Notes: a model not told the origin generated them from the sequence alone. Positions 37,496-52,595 are shown, numbered from the stretch's first letter. The stretch is 64,000 bases of DNA from Octopus sinensis (GCF_006345805.1 NC_043000.1:40052001-40116000), one strand, 5' to 3'. A program made the numbers and translations.

Positions 37496-37619
37496 TACAT
37501 ATATATATATACATATATATATATACACACTTGATGATAGAAGTTGACTCAAAATTCGAACCGGCAACATCGGACATTCGGTAAAAAACATCTGTTACAT
37601 TCCGTAATATTTCCATTTT

Positions 37620-38030
37620 TGAGCTTTTTCCACTCTGAGGTTGAATTCACAACCTTCTACACAACTCCATTGATAAACCACCTTACCCTTTCCCTATACA
37701 ACCTCCAGGATCTCCCAGAATTCCAATTAGATGAAAAAGTTCCTTTCCATCTAATTGCAGGTGAGTTCATTGAGAATATACAGTGGCTCAGGCTTAGCTC
37801 CTTCGAGTCATAACTGAGAGTGCCTCTGAGGTGACATTCGGTCTCAGCTTTAGGAGTATGATTAGAACGTCACTGTGCTCTCGTGGTAGCCCCCCTCCGC
37901 ATAATCATGATTAAGCCTTGTGCAGTTTAGTGCTTGCACCGACTGTATACATTTCATCTTCTCCAAGTGGATTTTCAAACCGCGCAGGTTCATACACTAC
38001 TTGCCGCAAATGCATTCCGTATTCAACATT
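37620..38030 (-). pseudogene. Possible N-terminal remnant of a HERO/RLE-type non-LTR element
   Basis: Minus strand reads TECICGK*CMNLRGLKIHLEKMKC, matching the CxCGKxCKNxRGLKIH..MxC zinc finger I recall from HERO elements. Confidence 0.5.
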
Positions 38031-38119
38031 CTATCTCTATTGCTAATGCAGATTGCAACAGGCGCTGGATTTGAATTCCACAAGCGATATGTCAACTGTT
38101 TTTTCATCTGCTGTACACG

Positions 38120-38234
<115 letters not shown>

Positions 38235-39768
38235 CTATATCATATTTAGCTCTAATTATCTTACTTCAGTGGTAGTTTAGTTATAAATATCAAAACTACA
38301 TTTAGGTTAATATTAAAGAACCGTACTTGACTGCCGAGCTCTTGATGAAATCAAAGCATAATCCTGGCGTTGTAGGTGTATTCCTGCAAGAAGCACATAT
38401 ATATCGGGTTCGCTTCTTCAACATACACCCGTATATATTTTATTACACTTCACTATTTTACTGTGTTATTTAGATTTAAATATGACACATAATGTATCAC
38501 TATCCTAATGTATCTGCTTTAAGTATGATGCATAGAATGCTATTTTAAACTAATACAGTTTCTGTTGCATCTAACGAATTCTTTATTTAGCCTTTAGGCT
38601 AATTGCAACATCAGTGATTTTTTTCAATTACTATTTTACAAAATTAGAAACGGTGGATTTTATCTTAGCATATGATTGTCAGTGGATACTTGTTACTGAC
38701 GAAGGAGGCAGAAATGCGCATTTAGTAATGCCATCTCCGCTGCCAGACGATTTTCGTCTGCTACTGATATATAAATATTTGCGCTTTTTAACCTTTTTAC
38801 GTCTATAAAAGATGCTGTCTTAATACAAATGCCGCAGCTAACTAGGCTTTCGGTAATGTATCTGCTTTAAGTATGATACACAGACTGCTTTTTTAAATAA
38901 TGTTTTTTTTTCCTTTGCCACACTCATCGACTTCTTTTTAAAATCTTTTAAACACGAAATATATTTTTGTTACCCTGTTACCATACCCATTACCTAAGCT
39001 GACCTTAAATTTATCTTAGTGTGAAATCTTTGTATTAGCTTTTCTATAAAGCCATTTACACCTGATATTGACTAAGTGAATGAGATAAAAATAACTCGGT
39101 CCTCATGGGTAGAGATAGATAGATAAAGAGACTGTGAGAGAAACACGCAGAGATGGTTGAGTGAATAGTGGGAGATGAGAGGGGTTTCTATGTAGGCTTT
39201 GAAGAGAAGAGAAGCTTGCAGCGAAGTTCTGTATTCACTCGACCATTTCATCTTATATGAATTAACCTGCAACAAGTTTAATTTTGTCAATAAAAGCAAG
39301 GGAAAACAACAACATCAACAATTACAACGGCAGCAGTAGTAGCCATAATAGCAATAGCAATAAGAAGAATCACATGTTCGAACAATCTATAGGCATAACT
39401 GCCCTAGCAACAAGAGCAGCAACAATATATCGGTACACCCACACAAACATACAGAAAACACGAACTCCATACACATATAGATACACATATATAACTATAT
39501 ATACACATATTCTCACACTTACACTCATACACGGAAACACACATACACACACATACAGGTAGGCACTCAGATAGAGGTGGGCACTCACGCATAGGAATAT
39601 ACACTCATACATGTCCACACACTTGCACACACAAGCATCGAGGGACAATCACTCATATATTTGCACGTACGTATTGCCAAACCCGACACACGTAGATGCA
39701 TCCTTAAATAATCACATTGGTATACGCGCAGACATAACCTCCCCCATCTCTCTCCCCCCCACATACAC

Positions 39769-39850
<82 letters not shown>

Positions 39851-40358
39851 CGAGAGAGAGGGAGAGAGAAAGAGTGAGTGAGTGAGTGAGTGAGTGAGAG
39901 AGAAGGAGAGAGAAAGAGTGAGTGAGTGAGTGAGAGAGAGGGAGAGAGAAAGAGTGAGTGAGTGAGTGAGAGAGAGAGAGGAGAGAGAGAGCCATACACA
40001 GACATACGCACAAACTCAGTCACACAGACATAGGCATACGAAGACGTTTGCATGTATAGATACTCACACACAAGGCCTATAATCAGACTTAGGGAAACAT
40101 TCCCAGGTGTACATGCACACAAGCATGAACACATACAGGTCGTATCGATGCAGATATCTTAACATGCAAATACATGTGCAAACATAGAATCGTAGACACA
40201 TACTCTCCTTCAATAAATACTTACACACATATGTTGTTAAGGTAAAAATAAAACTAGCCAAGTAGAACTATACGAGATAATACAAAAGTATTTCATCGTG
40301 GTACTTATCCTGTATGCGAATACATGTGCCTGTGTGCGCGTGCATTTGTGTATATGCA

Positions 40359-41886
<1,528 letters not shown>

Positions 41887-42248
41887 GGCTTTTCTTCCCA
41901 CAGATAAACTTTACTTGCTTTCCCCTTTACACCATATATCATAACACTGATACACGATCCCTATTGATCGTTCCTTTTTTTTTTTCCTCTTCCCCTTTTT
42001 TCCCCTTTTTCTTCTTTTTTCATTTCTCTTTTGTTTTGTTCCTTTTCCCTTTCTTTTTTTTTCTTTTATTCTTTTTATTTCTTATTCTATTTTTTTTTCT
42101 TTCCATTTTTTTTTGTTCTTTTCTTCCCTTTTACGATCCCTCTTGATCGAAAACCTACACCACCCCCTTTTTTTCATCCCCCAAAAGAAAAGCTCTACCT
42201 TGTAACTTGTCCCATCTGTGTGCAGCCCTGTGTGGCCAATAAAGAAAC
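41887..42248 (+). mobile_element. Second Tx1-like copy, 3'UTR only
   Basis: Homologous to 41213-41483; followed again by (TCTA)n. Confidence 0.85.
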
Positions 42249-42266
42249 TTATCTATCTATCTATCT

Positions 42267-42308
<42 letters not shown>

Positions 42309-42589
42309 CCACCCACACATATATACATATATATGTGTGGTTGTGTGTATTATTTTATTCGTTTGTTTTCTGGAGCATCGACTTTAGTCGAACAGATCGA
42401 TCCCAGGACTTATTCTTTGTAAGCCTAGTACTTATTCTATTGGTCTCTTTTGCCGAGCCGCTAAGTTACGAGGACGTAAACACACCAACATCGGTTGTCA
42501 AGCGATGGTGGAGGGACAAACAGACATACAAATTCGCACGCACACACACAGACAGACACACGTACACATATAAATCCCCCCCCCCCCCC

Positions 42590-43708
42590 AAATGGAACAA
42601 GAATGCAACAGGCGACAATAAAACATCCGGACAGACAGACGATACGAAGACGGACAGGCAAAAACAAGGGTGGTCCATTTGTGGCCTTCTCTCATCAGTC
42701 AAGTTTCCAGGTTATCCTTACAGTTTCGGCCGGTTACACTTGAAACTCTTCAAATCTGGCTGGCCGCAAAAATTTAAGTCAAGAGTATTAAATATTTTTG
42801 GAAAAAGCAAGCGACAACAAAGACAAAAATACACAAAAAAATACGAAAAAATGGAGGAAATGTTACTCAATTACAAATACAAACAAGAAAATAACAGCAG
42901 GTGTCTTTCGACTAGTAGAGACGAATCAAGTTGAGCTGGCGTGTGTGGACTGAAAGCATTGAGGCAGGAACATTGATGAAGAAAGAGATGAAAGTCAGGA
43001 AACAGGAATGAGATATTTCGAGTCTGGCAGTCGAGTCAAGAATGAAAGATCATGCATGACCGAACTCTGATCATGTGGAAGGAAAGGATAGAGGTAGGGT
43101 GCAGAGGGATTGAAGAATTAGGGGGAGAACGAGAAAGTGAGAAAAAAAAATCAAAGGGACATAGAGAAGGTACAAAGGAAATAAGCAATGAAAAATAGGT
43201 AGATTAAAGAAAGAGAAGGCCAAGAAATGTGAGAGAAGGGGAGCAAGGAAAGAAAGAAGAAAGAAAGAAGAAAGTATGAGGGAGACTAATAGAAGGAATA
43301 AAAAAGTCGCCGCTATATGTATATATAAATCCAAAAATAGAACAAGAACGCAACAGATGACAATAAAACATCCGGACAGATTGACTATACGAAGTCGGAC
43401 AGGAAAAACAACAAAAAGACGGACAGGAAAAAAACAAGGGTGAGCCATTGGTGGCCTTCTCTCAAGCTTCCAGATTATCCTTACAGTTTCGGCCGTTTAT
43501 ACTTGAAACTGTTCAAATCTGGCTGGCCCCAAAAATCTATGCTAAGATCATTAAATATTTTGGAAGAAAGCTAGCGAATGTGCACAACAAAAACAAAAAA
43601 CAAAAAAAAAACGAAAAACGGAGAAAATTATTATTTCTTTTGTCGTTGTTGTCGTACACATTCGCTTGCTTTCTCCCAAAATATTTAATGCTCTTAGCTC
43701 AGATTTAA
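42590..43708. mobile_element. Direct plus inverted repeat cluster, probably Penelope-type
   Basis: 42590-42860 is homologous to 43335-43630; 43645-43706 is an inverted copy of 43533-43590. Confidence 0.5.
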
Positions 43709-43855
43709 TTCTTTCGGAGTCGATAAAGTAAGTACCTGTTGAACCCTGGAGTCAATGGAATTGCTGGCCTTTTGCCAAAATTCGAAACCATTACACGAAT
43801 CCTTCCAAATAGTGCTCCAGCATGGCTGCAGTCAAATGGCTGAAACGATATATAT

Positions 43856-44171
43856 AATCGAAGAAAGTAAAGAGTGGAACAGGTAAAATACGGACTACGA
43901 ACGTTTCATTGCAAAGTGATGGTTGTCATATAAATTGTAACATACACAGAATCAGCTAAGCTAATCTTCAGGCCTTATAATCGATAAGTTGTTTACATTA
44001 TCGCGTGAGACGAACAAACGAACTATCAATGTAAACGACTCATAGGTAATAAGATCTGAAGATTAACTAAGTTGGTTTTGTGTATGTTACAGCTTATGTA
44101 ACAACCATCGCTTAACTATGAAACGTTCGTAGTTGGTGTTTTATTTGTTTCATTCCTTACTTTCTTGGATT
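43856..44171 (+). repeat. Long ungapped imperfect hairpin (144-nt arms)
   Basis: 43856-43999 pairs with 44028-44171 without indels in a manual alignment. Confidence 0.88.
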
Positions 44172-44482
44172 TTATTCGCATGTTTAGCAACATTAGTTGC
44201 TAAGCCACGAATTGTGCGTTAACCGTCAGCTCATCGAAATTCCTTTCAATTTCAATGTGGGGCGAAACGTGTGACTTGCGATGTTAATAAAAATAAACTC
44301 GTTTTATCGCATATTCTCCACGTTATATCATCTGTATTAGCTGCATAAATGCTCGAAGCTTTCTAACATCCTTCACTTGATTCCCACGATCTTACTTACC
44401 TATTACCACACACACACACACGTATGTATGTATGTATGTATGTATGTATGTATGTATGTATGTATGTATGTATGTATGTATG

Positions 44483-44565
<83 letters not shown>

Positions 44566-46349
44566 TTTCGGAATAGCACACCCACATAATTTGGATTTCT
44601 TCTGTTTTGACGGAGGTTTTCAAATTTGTTTTACGTGAGATTCTTACAAATAATAGAAGCCTTGAAGTTTAAAAAAAAAATGGAAATTGGCTATCTCCAT
44701 TACAATACCCACTTCCATTATTTTCCAACAGAAAATAAAACGTAATTTAGAAACAATAGCGACCGATGTTACTGCTAATTTTAGCCTCAAGAAGATGTCC
44801 CCTTCAGCTGGTTATTTGATGCAATTTGCACCCGATATGTATTACAAGCAGGGGAGAGAACATCTACCATCTTCTAACCACTAGACCATCAGACCGTACG
44901 GTTTCGACCTCTTAGTGGTCATCCTCGGTAGCAGATATTCGTCTGCTGGAGATAGCAGTAGTTCAGTCCAGCTAGCTATATATAATAATATTTGAAAATA
45001 ATTGACATACAGTCACTGATCTTGCAACAAGCAAATTAGCTAGATGAGAAAATCTCTATATGAGATGAAAGCAGTAACTATACTGAGAAGTAATATTTAT
45101 CGCCACTTAAACACAGCTGTTCCATAGGAACCGACGTTACTGCTATTTTTAAACCCCAGGAGGACGCCTCATTTAGCTGACCACCGGAGCCCTGGGACAC
45201 AGCACCGATTCGTCTCAAGATCACTTGTTTCTGCCAACTGAGTGAACTGGAGCAAGGTGAAATGAAGTGTCTTGCTCAAGAACACTAGGCGTCACTCAGT
45301 CCAGCAGATGAAACCACAATTTTACGACCATGAGCATAACACCATAACCACTGAGCTGAGCATATTTTGTTTGTATGTATGTATGTATCCGTGAGTGCGT
45401 GTGTTTATACAGTATATCTTAACTTCTTTTTCGTTTTGTTTAACCAACGCCACTTCCACCACCGTCACCTCCGCCACCACCGCCGCCGCCAACGCCACCG
45501 ACGCCGCCGCGTGCTGAACCAGGCCATTGGCATGTAGCTCGTGGGAGTATTAGACAGTGTTGTTAAATATGCACTAATAAATATTGTATTTGAAAGATTA
45601 TACACACACACACACATACATACATATCATAGTTACCTTTTAATATGTTTCACATCTAATATATCTAGTTTCAAATCTGACTCATTCACTTGCTCTCTCT
45701 TTCTCTCTCTTCTCTTTTACTACGCTTCACACATTTTCTTTTTATGTGTCTCTTTTCATTTCAGCTCTTCTATTTTCTTACCTACCTTCTTCCTCTCTCT
45801 CTCTCCCTCTCTATTTCTTTCTCTCTCCCTCTCTCACCCTATAGCTTACATTCTCTTCGGTAATTTACTCTAGTCATCATGTTAAGTTGTCACACCAACT
45901 TGCGTACAGCGTGAATGTTCGTGTATCTAAATAATTCTCTATAATTAGATCTGACAAAAACTGGGAAAGTTTAAGTTTCACTGATGAGCTGTTATAAGAC
46001 CGAAAGACGTCCAAAGTTATCACCGTGCTTATCAAATAGACTAAATAAACATTACTCCCAGATCTAAGCCTCCCACGTTCTCTTTGCAAGTATTCTCCTG
46101 AATTTAATTAAATAATATTTCAGATCTGTTGATTTTGTCATTACTGCATTTAATAAATATTAATCAATGGACTTTTCCCCACCGTTTGGCCAAAGAGGGG
46201 TGGGAAGTACTCATGATTTTATTGTTATTGGGCCTTCGAAACTGTCAGAGAGAGAATTGGAAGTTATTTTCATACCGAATTGCTATCCCGAATGCTTGCA
46301 ATAATGAGCCTCGTTTATGACCCCCAAAGACCAGGAGATGGTGTTAACT

Positions 46350-47072
46350 CAGTGGTTTTCAATAGGGATCCATATAGCCCCTGAGAGTCCATATTAGATT
46401 TCAGGCGATCCACGCAGCAAAATAGTAAATTGGAGACACACAATAGCATTTTAAGAGGCCTTGAAAAAATTTTGCTTTAGACGTATTTCTCTTTCTCTTT
46501 GGTCCTTTTCAAACCTAACCAGGCTCATGGGCCCGGTTTCCCGGTTTATGTGGCGTATGCGTTCCCACCCCCGCTGGACGGGACGCCAGTCCATCGTAGC
46601 GTTACTCAAGAAACAGGAAGAGAGAGTGAGAGAAAGTTGTGGCGAAAGAGTACAACAGGGGTTGCCACCACCTCCTGCTGGAGTCTCGTGGAGCTTTTAG
46701 GTGTTTTCGCTCAATAAACACACAAAACGCCCGATCTAGGAATCGAAACCGCGATCCTCCGACCGTAAGTCCGCTGCCCTAACCACTGGGTCATTGCACC
46801 TCCACTTAGACGTATGTGTTGGTATATATTGCAAGAAACAGCCTGGTTTCTTTCTCTAACATTTTACATAGTTCAACTTACACAAGTGAATGTTTGAAAA
46901 ACAAAATAGGAATTTTGAAAGAAGTTTTTATAAAGCTAGTTTTTATAGAGCTAGTTTTTTTTTTATTTATAAAGATAGTGTTTTTTTTTAAGCATCGAAT
47001 GGATATGGGGGTCCACCAGAATAAAATAGTAATCAAAAGGTCCATAGGTAAAAAGTGTTTGAGAACCCCCTG
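46350..47072 (+). mobile_element. hAT (Charlie-like) MITE carrying a nested SINE
   Basis: TIRs cagtggttttcaa / ttgagaaccccctg, degenerate 8-bp TSD tgttaact/agctaact; homologous to 50107-50630 and 63721-64000. Confidence 0.8.
46487..46805 (-). mobile_element. SINE family C (tRNA-derived), full length
   Basis: Head gtggaggtgcaatgacccagtggttagggcagcgg...gtttcgattcc; perfect 10-bp TSD ttagacgtat (46477-86, 46806-15). Confidence 0.88.
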
Positions 47073-48501
47073 AGCTAACTCAAACGAAGGATAAGTTTGT
47101 CACTCAAGAACTCTACACCCAAAATCAATAAAAATTCTCTCCCCTCCCAAAAAACGGAATAAGTACTACAGTGCATGACTACTCTCATTGCAGCACTCCA
47201 CTCAATCAATCTTAAAAGGATAAAACGTAAAGCTGACGTTGGCGTGATTTGAACTCAAACACAAGAGGTCGGAACAAGTTTCCTCTGATGACTCTAATTC
47301 ACTAAAAAAGAAAAGAAAAGAAAAAAATTGACCTTCAGTTTTTCTCTCATTGCAAAGGTTAATACTATTCAACGTATAGCCCAACCTATCTCATTATCAC
47401 TCCTCACTCTCTTTTTCTGTCATGCTATCTCTTTACTTCACCCTTACTCTCCATCTCCGCCCTCCGAGAGGTGTCAGGAATTACTGGCGTATGGTGTCGC
47501 TTTTTGATCCTTCGATATCGGCTCTTCGTATCATTACGACCAATCTGTTAATACACACAGATTTCTCACTTTATTTTTCTAATTATTTCCGTCTCTCTCT
47601 TTAGTTCTTCTCGTTTTCTGTCTTTTTCTTCTTTCTTTCTGACTTTCTTTCATATACTATTTTACTGGTGATCATCTACGCTCGCGTGTCAATGTCTCTT
47701 CCTCAGAGACATTCCCCATCTCTATATCTTACCCACCATATTCTATCTGGTCATCTATCCGTTGTTCACTCATTTGTCACTTGTACAGGACGAGGACAAT
47801 ACTCCGACGACAAAGTTGGGAGCGACCAAATGTACATTTTCCTTAGATTTCACATATCACCCTATACTGAGTAACCTTATGCAGAGAAGAATTTCTACGA
47901 TATGGCATTCCCAGTGCATATATTCACCGATCTCATCCGGTTGTGCCGAAAATAGAAACCAATCTGCAGCTGAAACTTTTCCAGAGGCATTTCGTTCATA
48001 TGTCTATACATAGAACCGTTTTTGTTTTCCTTTTAACATACGGGTACTGATGCATTATATGATGTTATATTTCTCGATTAAGTATTTGAATATGGCGTAG
48101 CACATTCAACAAAGTTCAAACCTCATACGGACGTTTTAAATTTCACTACGCAATTTTAGACATTTTGAGAAGTGGAGGTGGAGTTATTTCTGTCTCTAGA
48201 TCTATAACGTGTGTAATTTTGAATGAATTTTTTGTGAATGAGCTTACAATAGCTCATATTGATTCAATTTACAGAGGTTAAGTTTGCTTTCTACATTTAA
48301 TATTAAGTGGGCAGAAGCTGTGTTGCTATAATATATAGTTGTGCAACATCACGTCCTAACCACTGAACGGTACACATCAAACTCGCACAATAACCAACAA
48401 AAAAAAAGCACTCTATCCAGTGAGAGCTATATATAATTTACGTGTGTATGTGTATGTGCGCGTTAATATATAGGTAATATATATTTATATAAATCTGTCT
48501 G

Positions 48502-48581
<80 letters not shown>

Positions 48582-48637
48582 GTTATCTGTCTGTCTGTCT
48601 GTCTGTATGTATGTATGTATGTATATGTGTATGTATG

Positions 48638-48671
<34 letters not shown>

Positions 48672-48702
48672 TGTATGTATAAATGCATGTATGTATGTAA
48701 AT

Positions 48703-48847
48703 CAGGGGCATATATTCCAAGTGTGCACTGCATACCCATCATTAATTTAATCACAAATCTTAATGGAAAACTTCTTATACCCTGCTTGAAATTTAGTGGC
48801 ATTTGGTATGGCAGCACACCCAATACTACAACCTCTATATGCCACTG
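48703..48847. mobile_element. 145-bp hAT-type MITE
   Basis: TIRs caggggcatata / tatatgccactg; perfect 8-bp TSD atgtaaat. Confidence 0.85.
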
Positions 48848-48874
48848 ATGTAAATATACCTGCTCATGTATATA

Positions 48875-49985
48875 TCTACTACATATGTAGAATATCGGTG
48901 TGTGTTTGTTTGTGGCGTTGTTAGCTATCTCCTACTACATAGTTTTATTGATTTTGATGAAACTTGACACGTGAGTAGAACTCATGTCTGGAAACCACGT
49001 TACATACTTAGATTGTTGAAAAATATCGATAATATGACCCCTGGAAGGGACCTTTATATCTATCATATAACTAATTTGTTTAAATACCCAAGGGAATAAC
49101 CCATAGCACCTGTACAATATTTTTTAAACACTCAAGGGAAATAACCCATTTCATTGTTTATGTTCGATTACTTTGAATATTTTTTGTGTGTCCTATTTCT
49201 AATTTTTGCAGACAATATCACTTTTATACTTTATTTGACACGTGAGTAGAACTCATGTCTGGAAACTTCGTGATATACTTAGATTGTTGAAAAAAAATCG
49301 ATAATAGGGCCCTTCCAATGGATCCTTCTCTCTACTACATATTACTAATATTTGATTTAAACAACCCAAGGGAAATAATCCATACCACCTGCAGATTTTA
49401 GTGAACCGATCAATATTTGATTCTCATGATCAGCGGACATAATTCTGCATTTCACTACACACAGCTTTGAACTGCTAAACATTATTACTACACTTCCTTA
49501 ATTTGAATCTCTTCATTCATACATTTCTATACATACATACTTTTTTGAATATCAATTACTCCGATAATTCTGCATTTTTACCGTTACACTTTTTCCATGA
49601 CAGTAGATAAATTTTTTATTCCACAATGTATTTGGAGTGGTTTCATGCAGGCATAGCGTGGATTCGATCCTCGATTGCTAAATTTCACTTAACACTTCAA
49701 CAGCGCTTTTCTCACGGTAAAACAATAGTTTTTTCTGTGAATGACAGCAGTTAAACATTTCCCAGATGCTTTCTCTAAGCAGAATAATGTCTTTGCCTCT
49801 CTCCAACCTCTCTCGCCAATCTCCAACAATGTCTCCCTCCTCAAGCTGACAGTATTTTGTACTTTTTCGTGACGGAAAATACACCTTTTGTGGCAGTTAT
49901 GAAGAAATTGCTTTCTTATATCAGAATAATAAGGCGTTCCAATAGAACATCTTTACCCCTGGGAATTACCAGGTACACCAGCTAG
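48875..49985 (+). mobile_element. Non-autonomous Helitron (about 1.1 kb) with an internal duplication
   Basis: A|TCtacta start, shares tgatgaaacttgacac with 8733-9096, hairpin cctgggaattaccagg, CTAG|T end; 48965-49115 is repeated at 49235-49392. Confidence 0.75.
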
Positions 49986-50106
49986 TATATGCATATTTAT
50001 ATATACACGCACACATACACAGACGAATATATATAACACTTCAATTTTATCATTTAACTATTTTTTGTCAACAGCATTAGTCACACCGTAAATTCACGAT
50101 CTAGTC

Positions 50107-50630
50107 CGTGGGTTCTTAACCATTTTTTATCTATGGGCACCTTTGATTAATATTTTATTCTGGTGAACCACCATAGCCAATCGATGTTCTTTCTAAATTC
50201 CTATTTTATTTTTCTCATTAACTAGTGTAGGTTGAGCTATATAAAATGTTAGAGAAAGAAACCTGTTTCTTTCAATACATACGCCTAAAGCAAATATTTT
50301 CCAGGGGGCTTTAACCCCTTTGTTACCATATTTCTGTTGAGATTCTCTGTATTTCTTTCAATTATGTTTTAAATATAACAAAGAGTTTAGTAAAATAACT
50401 TTGTTAGGAACATAAATTGTGACTAAGGTTTGGTGGAAGATTTTAATTCACAACTTTTGAAAACATGACATTTGTACTACAGAGCCAAAGGCAGTTTCAG
50501 GCGGATTGCTATCATAAGGGTTAAAATACTATTGTGGATACCTAATTTACCATTTTGTTGCGTAGACCCCCCCCCCAAAAATCTTATGTGGACCCTCGGG
50601 GGCCATATAGACCCCGGTTGAGAACCGCTG
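50107..50630 (-). mobile_element. hAT (Charlie-like) MITE carrying a nested piggyBac MITE
   Basis: Perfect 8-bp TSD atctagtc; end ggttgagaaccgctg. Confidence 0.85.
50315..50520. mobile_element. piggyBac-type MITE
   Basis: TTAA|CCC...GGG|TTAA termini. Confidence 0.75.
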
Positions 50631-51093
50631 ATCTAGTCGCTGATGGATTTGTACGTTACTAATGAAAAAAGGGTGCATTGCGGTGCCTGTATCACTTAGC
50701 TGGTTCGCATGACGCTATCATAGTACAACTGTTACAATGTAAACTCATAACAGATGAAAGAAATGAGAGAATAAATAAATATTCATTTAGCCAACCCATC
50801 CATTTTCTTTATATATTTATTGATATTTTTACCAAATTCCTTCTCCATCCACCCATACAATTTCATCCTTTTGTCTCTCATTCAAATTTATTTATTTACT
50901 TATTAAATAGTTTATCTTGTTTCTATTGAATTCTCTTGTTGAGTTACCAACTGCCTACCCTACAGTATTTTTCTTTCAAAATCCTTTCTTCCTTCTTCTT
51001 TCTCTTTTCCTTTTTCCTTTCTTTTTTCTGCTTTCTTTCTGTTTCTGTTTATTTCCCTTCATCAAAACCTTCTCCTCCTCCCTATGACTAATC

Positions 51094-51153
<60 letters not shown>

Positions 51154-51160
51154 ATATATA

Positions 51161-51191
<31 letters not shown>

Positions 51192-51210
51192 CATATATGT
51201 ATGTATATAT

Positions 51211-51461
51211 GAATAAAGTTAAAACATGGTTTGGTTTTCACGTTTTTATTATGGTATTTTAAAAATTCAGCTTGTTGGAGCGGTCTAAGAGGTACTAAAG
51301 TTGTCAAGAATTCAACTGTTAGTTAAACACATTTGAAATTTGATGATTACACTATGTATGAAAACGCTAATTTAACTTTATGAGCATTACAAAATATTTT
51401 TTTAATGTTGAAATACTATAATAAAAAAACGTGAAAACCAAACCATGTTTTACCTTTATTC
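51211..51461. repeat. Inverted repeat pair (about 40 bp) bounding about 170 bp; MITE or PLE-derived
   Basis: gaataaagttaaaacatggtttggttttcacgttttt versus aaaaacgtgaaaaccaaaccatgttttacctttattc. Confidence 0.7.
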
Positions 51462-51671
51462 AACTGATATATTATTCTATACACATTCACACAAATTCGA
51501 AACAATATACATATATATACAAAAGATTAAGGTTCAAGTGAACCAGGCACTTAAATAGTAAAACACCGAATCAGGTCAAAATTAAAATGCATACACCACA
51601 AAGAGAGACGAATACATTCGTTGGAAATAGCTGTAGTGAATTGACACATTATCCATTTGTTGTTATATATA

Positions 51672-52251
51672 CAGGGGTTGGACAAAATAATGGAAACACC
51701 TAGCATCATAATTTTGAAATATCTATAAAACCATCAAACACTTGTTTATTTTTATGTCTTTTGATTTATTATTAGTGTTGCTTAATATGCTTTGCTAAAA
51801 TTGCTGTTTCTTTTCAGATATCAGAAAATGGTAATTAAAATTCATTAAAATCACAGATCTATCGGACTTTCAAAGAGGTCAAATTATTGGTGCTCATATG
51901 GCAGGTGCTAGCGTAACGAAAACAGCCGAAATGTTTGGTGTATCAAGAAGTACTGTCTCGAAAGTAATGACAGCCTTTGAGAAAGAGGGAAAAACCTCCT
52001 CGTCGAAACGAAACCCCGGAAGAAAACCAAAACTTTCAGTTAGGGATCGTCGGACTCTTACGCGAATTGTTAGAAAGGATCACAAAACTACAGCTCCCAA
52101 AATTACTGCAGAGCTTAATGATCACCTCGAGAACCCAATTTCCACAAAAACTGTTCGCCGGGAGTTGCACAAAGCCGGATTTCACGGGAGGGCTGCAATC
52201 AGAAAATCACTACTTTCAAAAACAAACGTTGCAAAGCGTTTAGAGTGGAGT
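51672..52251 (+). mobile_element. Tc1 transposon left half (TIR and paired-like DNA-binding domain), truncated before DDE
   Basis: TA|caggggttggacaaaataatggaaacacc; DLSDFQRGQIIG..GRKPKLS..TVRRELHKAG..RLEW. Confidence 0.88.
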
Positions 52252-52284
52252 ATCAAAATAAGCAATGGGATATCAAGAGGTGAT

Positions 52285-52368
52285 GCAGTACGACCGTTTC
52301 AAGCGGTTCCATTTAATTGAACAATGCAGTCATTACAGCAATTTAAATACAGAGCTATCCTCAGTTTC
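52285..52368 (-). ncRNA. Hammerhead-like motif with extended stem II, stem I decayed
   Basis: Minus strand CTGAGGA-tagc...gctt-GAAA-cggtcg-TA. Confidence 0.45.
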
Positions 52369-52595
52369 ATAAATGAATAAATAGAATTTTGTTAATCAGT
52401 TGAACACATTAATATAATTTTACTCAAATTCTCTAATAGAGTAAGAAGAGGGAGAAAGCCCATGTTGCTACTAATGTAACTCAGAGTATATTCTGAGTCA
52501 GATTAGCAGCAACCTTACTTTGAGTTGTACGGATAACATCGCACTAACTTGGTGCTTCAACGTAAGTACCTAATTCAACTGAATCTCAATTATTT

